Assembly: GCF_001194135.2 (NCBI RefSeq)
Contig: NC_068993.1
Span: 1,663,643 to 1,701,306 of the forward strand
Direction: 5' to 3'
DNA: 37,664 nucleotides
Source: Octopus bimaculoides
Lineage: Eukaryota
The stretch's first letter is position 1. Each line of letters begins with the position of its first letter. A program made the translations under genes and the position numbers. Of this stretch, positions 34,780 to 37,664 are shown in pieces. The notes beneath the pieces are model-generated. The model made no database searches, had not been told where the DNA came from, and saw nothing but the letters and a program-made list of their open reading frames with translations.

Positions 34780-35500
34780 GACAACAGTTAGATCGACTAG
34801 TTTCAGATAGACCGCATATAGAAAGCCATTACTTGCTATGTCTGAGTTAGATAGATCGCAACTAGACAGACAACAACTGGTCCATAGCAATATATACCAT
34901 AAATAGTTAGACCATTGCTACCTCGATAATAGATAGATCAGGACTAGATAGACTATACTTCGTTGACTAAGAGAAAGACCACAGGGAAATAGATAATTGC
35001 CAGGCTGAGCAAAATTCGATGTAGCTAGATAGACCATTGCATTGCTCGATAGTCCATGGTTTGATCACATCTAGGAGGATGACTTATCTTGAAGTCTTGA
35101 AGATAAACCACAGCAAAACAGACGACAGTTAGAAAGTCTACAGTTATACTGCAGTTGAATGGGTCACAGCTAGATAGGTGACAGTGAGATAGATTGAAGA
35201 TACTGGACGATAGAAAGGTAGATTGTAGATAGACGACGAATAGTCAGACCACAAATAAATAGACCACAGATAGACGACGGCTAAGTAGATCACACATAGA
35301 TAAACTTTATAGAGGGACAGATTAAAGATAAAACACAAATCGACAGGCGGCAGATAAACTATAGCTAAAGAGATCACATCTTCATAGAGTGGAAATTTAG
35401 GACAATAGAGGCGTAGCTCAAATATAGACTACAAATAGACAGTCCACAGATTGGTCACAGCTAGATAGATCGCACGGAAACATATTGCTACCTAGATGGA
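34780..35500. repeat. Degenerate TAGA/CAGA-rich cryptic repeat region
   Basis: Recurrent tagatagac, tagaccattgc and gtcacagctagatag (at about 35163 and 35454) words. Confidence 0.6.
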
Positions 35501-35929
35501 CTTGTGTCGCTAGAAGCAATACTGTCAACAACCACCTCTCAACTTTATTTCTCATTTTGGGCCAAAACAGTTGAAACAAACGTCTCTTCCGTAACTCGAG
35601 AGTTTTGTGTTTCAAGACAGTAATTAGACACACGGTAGTTATTTAGTTTAATTATATTCAAGAATGACAGCGTTGGTTGTTGATTAGCGATAATATTATC
35701 TAAATTAGCCATGAAACTTAATTATAGTGAAGCTAAAACGGTATTTTTTGGTGGATTTCATGGTTTTCTACGAGAGTATTGACTTACATACAACACGTGA
35801 ACACATTCCAACACGTGATTGATAAAAACTAAAGAGGTATGGGCGGTGGGGTGGATACATAGGGACGCCACCGGTATGAAAAATAAATAGCAAAGTAGGC
35901 GATAACAACGAACGAACCAATCCAAGATG

Positions 35930-36052
35930 TTGCTTTTTACATTCTGAATTCAGCCTCATTAAAGTACCAGTTATATACTGTGGATTATGCAATCGACAGT
36001 AACTTCGCTCGTTTAAAATTTGTGGTTTTGTGCTTTTGTTAGAAATCAATAT
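35930..36052 (+). mobile_element. Degenerate SINE 3' part
   Basis: attaaagtaccagttatatactg...gcaatcgac...aaaatttgtggttttgtgcttttgttagaaatc. Confidence 0.6.
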
Positions 36053-36147
36053 TTCAATATTCATAATATTTCGATCGTTATCTGCGGTTTTATTTCTAGA
36101 TATGTACGTATAAGATATAAGACATCGGAATGGTTTGACAATCAGAT

Positions 36148-36790
36148 CTAAGATCGCTTTATCTTATCAAGGACTAGTTGGCTTAGTAAAAGTTCATCCA
36201 TTAAATTAAAAAGTAATTCTGCTGCTGCTTTGTCTGGTGTAGGGCAGTTATTTGTACAGGAAGGAGCTTGGACATGCCTGTAGACAATGGTTATGTCGTT
36301 AACCTCGTCGAATAACGATATGAATGCACAGTAGTCTTTGGAAAAACATGCAAAGGAATTATGGAGCAAAATGGCTGTCTCTCCTTTATTTCGGTTTGTG
36401 TGATCTGCACGGATGATGGTGGAATTTTTAATTTTCACCTCGGCATCCATGTGAGTGTTGTTAAGGTGGGTTTCTGTAAGCATGAAGAAAGCGATGTAGT
36501 AAGTCATTTCGGCAAGCCAAACCCTCTCTGGATGGAATCTTCCATCTTTGGCGTCGATGCCACGTACATTTAGCAGGAATGTCGAAACGAAGGTTATATG
36601 TTGTTTGCATTTTTCTAAATAACTTGTGTTTCGTTGTTCAGTGGTAACACTGACGATAGTTTTTGTACGGAGCTGTCTATGTAAGGAGTGATGTTCTAGC
36701 AGATGGTGGGTGCATATTCCGAGAGTTTTGGATATATAACTGATGATAGCCCGTGGAATCTCCAAGCTTAGGTCGGCCTTCACCACCACC
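36148..36790 (-). mobile_element. Non-LTR retrotransposon APE (EEP-family) endonuclease fragment
   Basis: Translation contains LLNVRG, MLTETHL, IIRADH..RNKGETAILLH and IVYR in the spacing of LINE endonuclease domains (CR1/L2-type). The downstream GDFN catalytic motif and the RT domain are absent. Confidence 0.8.
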
Positions 36791-36834
36791 ACACATATAC
36801 ACACATATTGACACACACACACACACGCACACAC

Positions 36835-36882
<48 letters not shown>

Positions 36883-36921
36883 GTATGTATATATATGCAT
36901 ATATGCGTATATATATGTATA

Positions 36922-36985
36922 TCTTTGTGTCTGTGTTTGTCCCTACCACCGCTTAACAACCGGTGTTCTTTTGTTTACGGTGCCT
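36922..36985 (+). mobile_element. SINE 3' fragment following a (TA)n/(TG)n tract
   Basis: tttgtgtctgtgtttgtccctaccaccgcttaacaaccggtgtt...gtttacg, recalled as the post-microsatellite tail of an octopus SINE. Family assignment is from memory, not a search. Confidence 0.5.
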
Positions 36986-37350
36986 AAGAGGGTGATAGAG
37001 AAAGTATAAGGATTCGTTCGAAGATAGATGAAGTTAACTAATGTCAACTCGTCCTATATATTTAAACAGTACAAAACAATTATTAAAAATACAAGGGAGA
37101 CAACAACAAAAATATGTTTAAGAGTAATATCCCTTGAAAATTTAATTTTTTTTTTGTGACCTGTAGAGTATTATCCTGTTTAAATCTTACAGCTCAATCC
37201 TGTACTCACAGCTATTGTCTATCATTTACACTGCAAGACATCTCCTCAATAAACAGAAAAGTGAATTTTCTCATAATGCTTCCGTATATATGGAGTCTGC
37301 AATACAAATGAAATGTTATATAAACATCACGTGTTGTTTTGATTTGAAAA

Positions 37351-37470
37351 TAAGGCAGCGAACTGCCGGGATCGTCAAAGCGTGATCAAATTATCTGCTG
37401 TATTTGTTTCGCTTCTTTAAGTTCTGAGTTGTAATCGTAATCTTTCTGGGTCGATAAACTAAAGTAGCAA
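37351..37470 (+). mobile_element. Degenerate SINE copy
   Basis: aaggcagcgaactgccgggatcgt...gtatttgtttcgcttctttaagttctgagtt...ctttctgggtcgataaactaaagtagc. Confidence 0.65.
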
Positions 37471-37664
37471 ATAAACAGCCTATTTCAGACGCAAATGTAT
37501 TTTCTGGAAAATAGTAGAAGGCTTTAATAGTGGTATAGCCTTCCGAGCTCTTTAGATCAGAGAAGCAAGCGAGCCGTTGCGGTGTGGTGGCTCATTAAAT
37601 GGGGGAAGCGTGTGGTACACGTTTCTCACCTTTACAAACCTCAACACAGGTGTTGTGCGAAAAT

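Noticed and set aside
1-37664. CRISPR array, operon or prokaryotic defence system
   Set aside because: No repeat-spacer array or dense ORF packing; the sequence is clearly intron-rich animal DNA.

Overview
Eukaryotic (animal) genomic DNA: AT-rich, dense in microsatellites and tRNA-derived SINEs, with 13 N-gaps, most next to (TA)n. The repeat content suggests a coleoid cephalopod, probably Octopus (inference from recalled repeat sequences, not a database search). Almost all ORFs in the supplied track are microsatellite or gap artefacts. The main signal is the 3' part of one spliced + strand gene, rebuilt by hand from five GT-AG exons with matching phases: 11338-11450, 15439-15553, 20901-21080, 28151-28317 and 31025-31915. 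Together they give about 488 codons. The encoded protein has a single transmembrane helix, a basic stop-transfer segment, a PDLWIHH motif like the P1 motif of DCC/neogenin/Frazzled, a complete cytoplasmic SH3 domain on its own phase 1-1 exon, and a long disordered Ser/Thr/Pro-rich tail containing SH3-ligand motifs. A single-pass receptor with a DCC-like P1 motif and a built-in SH3 domain matches no family I can name and is the top candidate for a new system. Its ectodomain exons are not securely identified; they lie upstream or in gaps. The rest of the window is SINE copies, an RTE-LINE RT fragment, a LINE APE-endonuclease fragment and simple repeats. No rRNA, true tRNA or CRISPR array was found.
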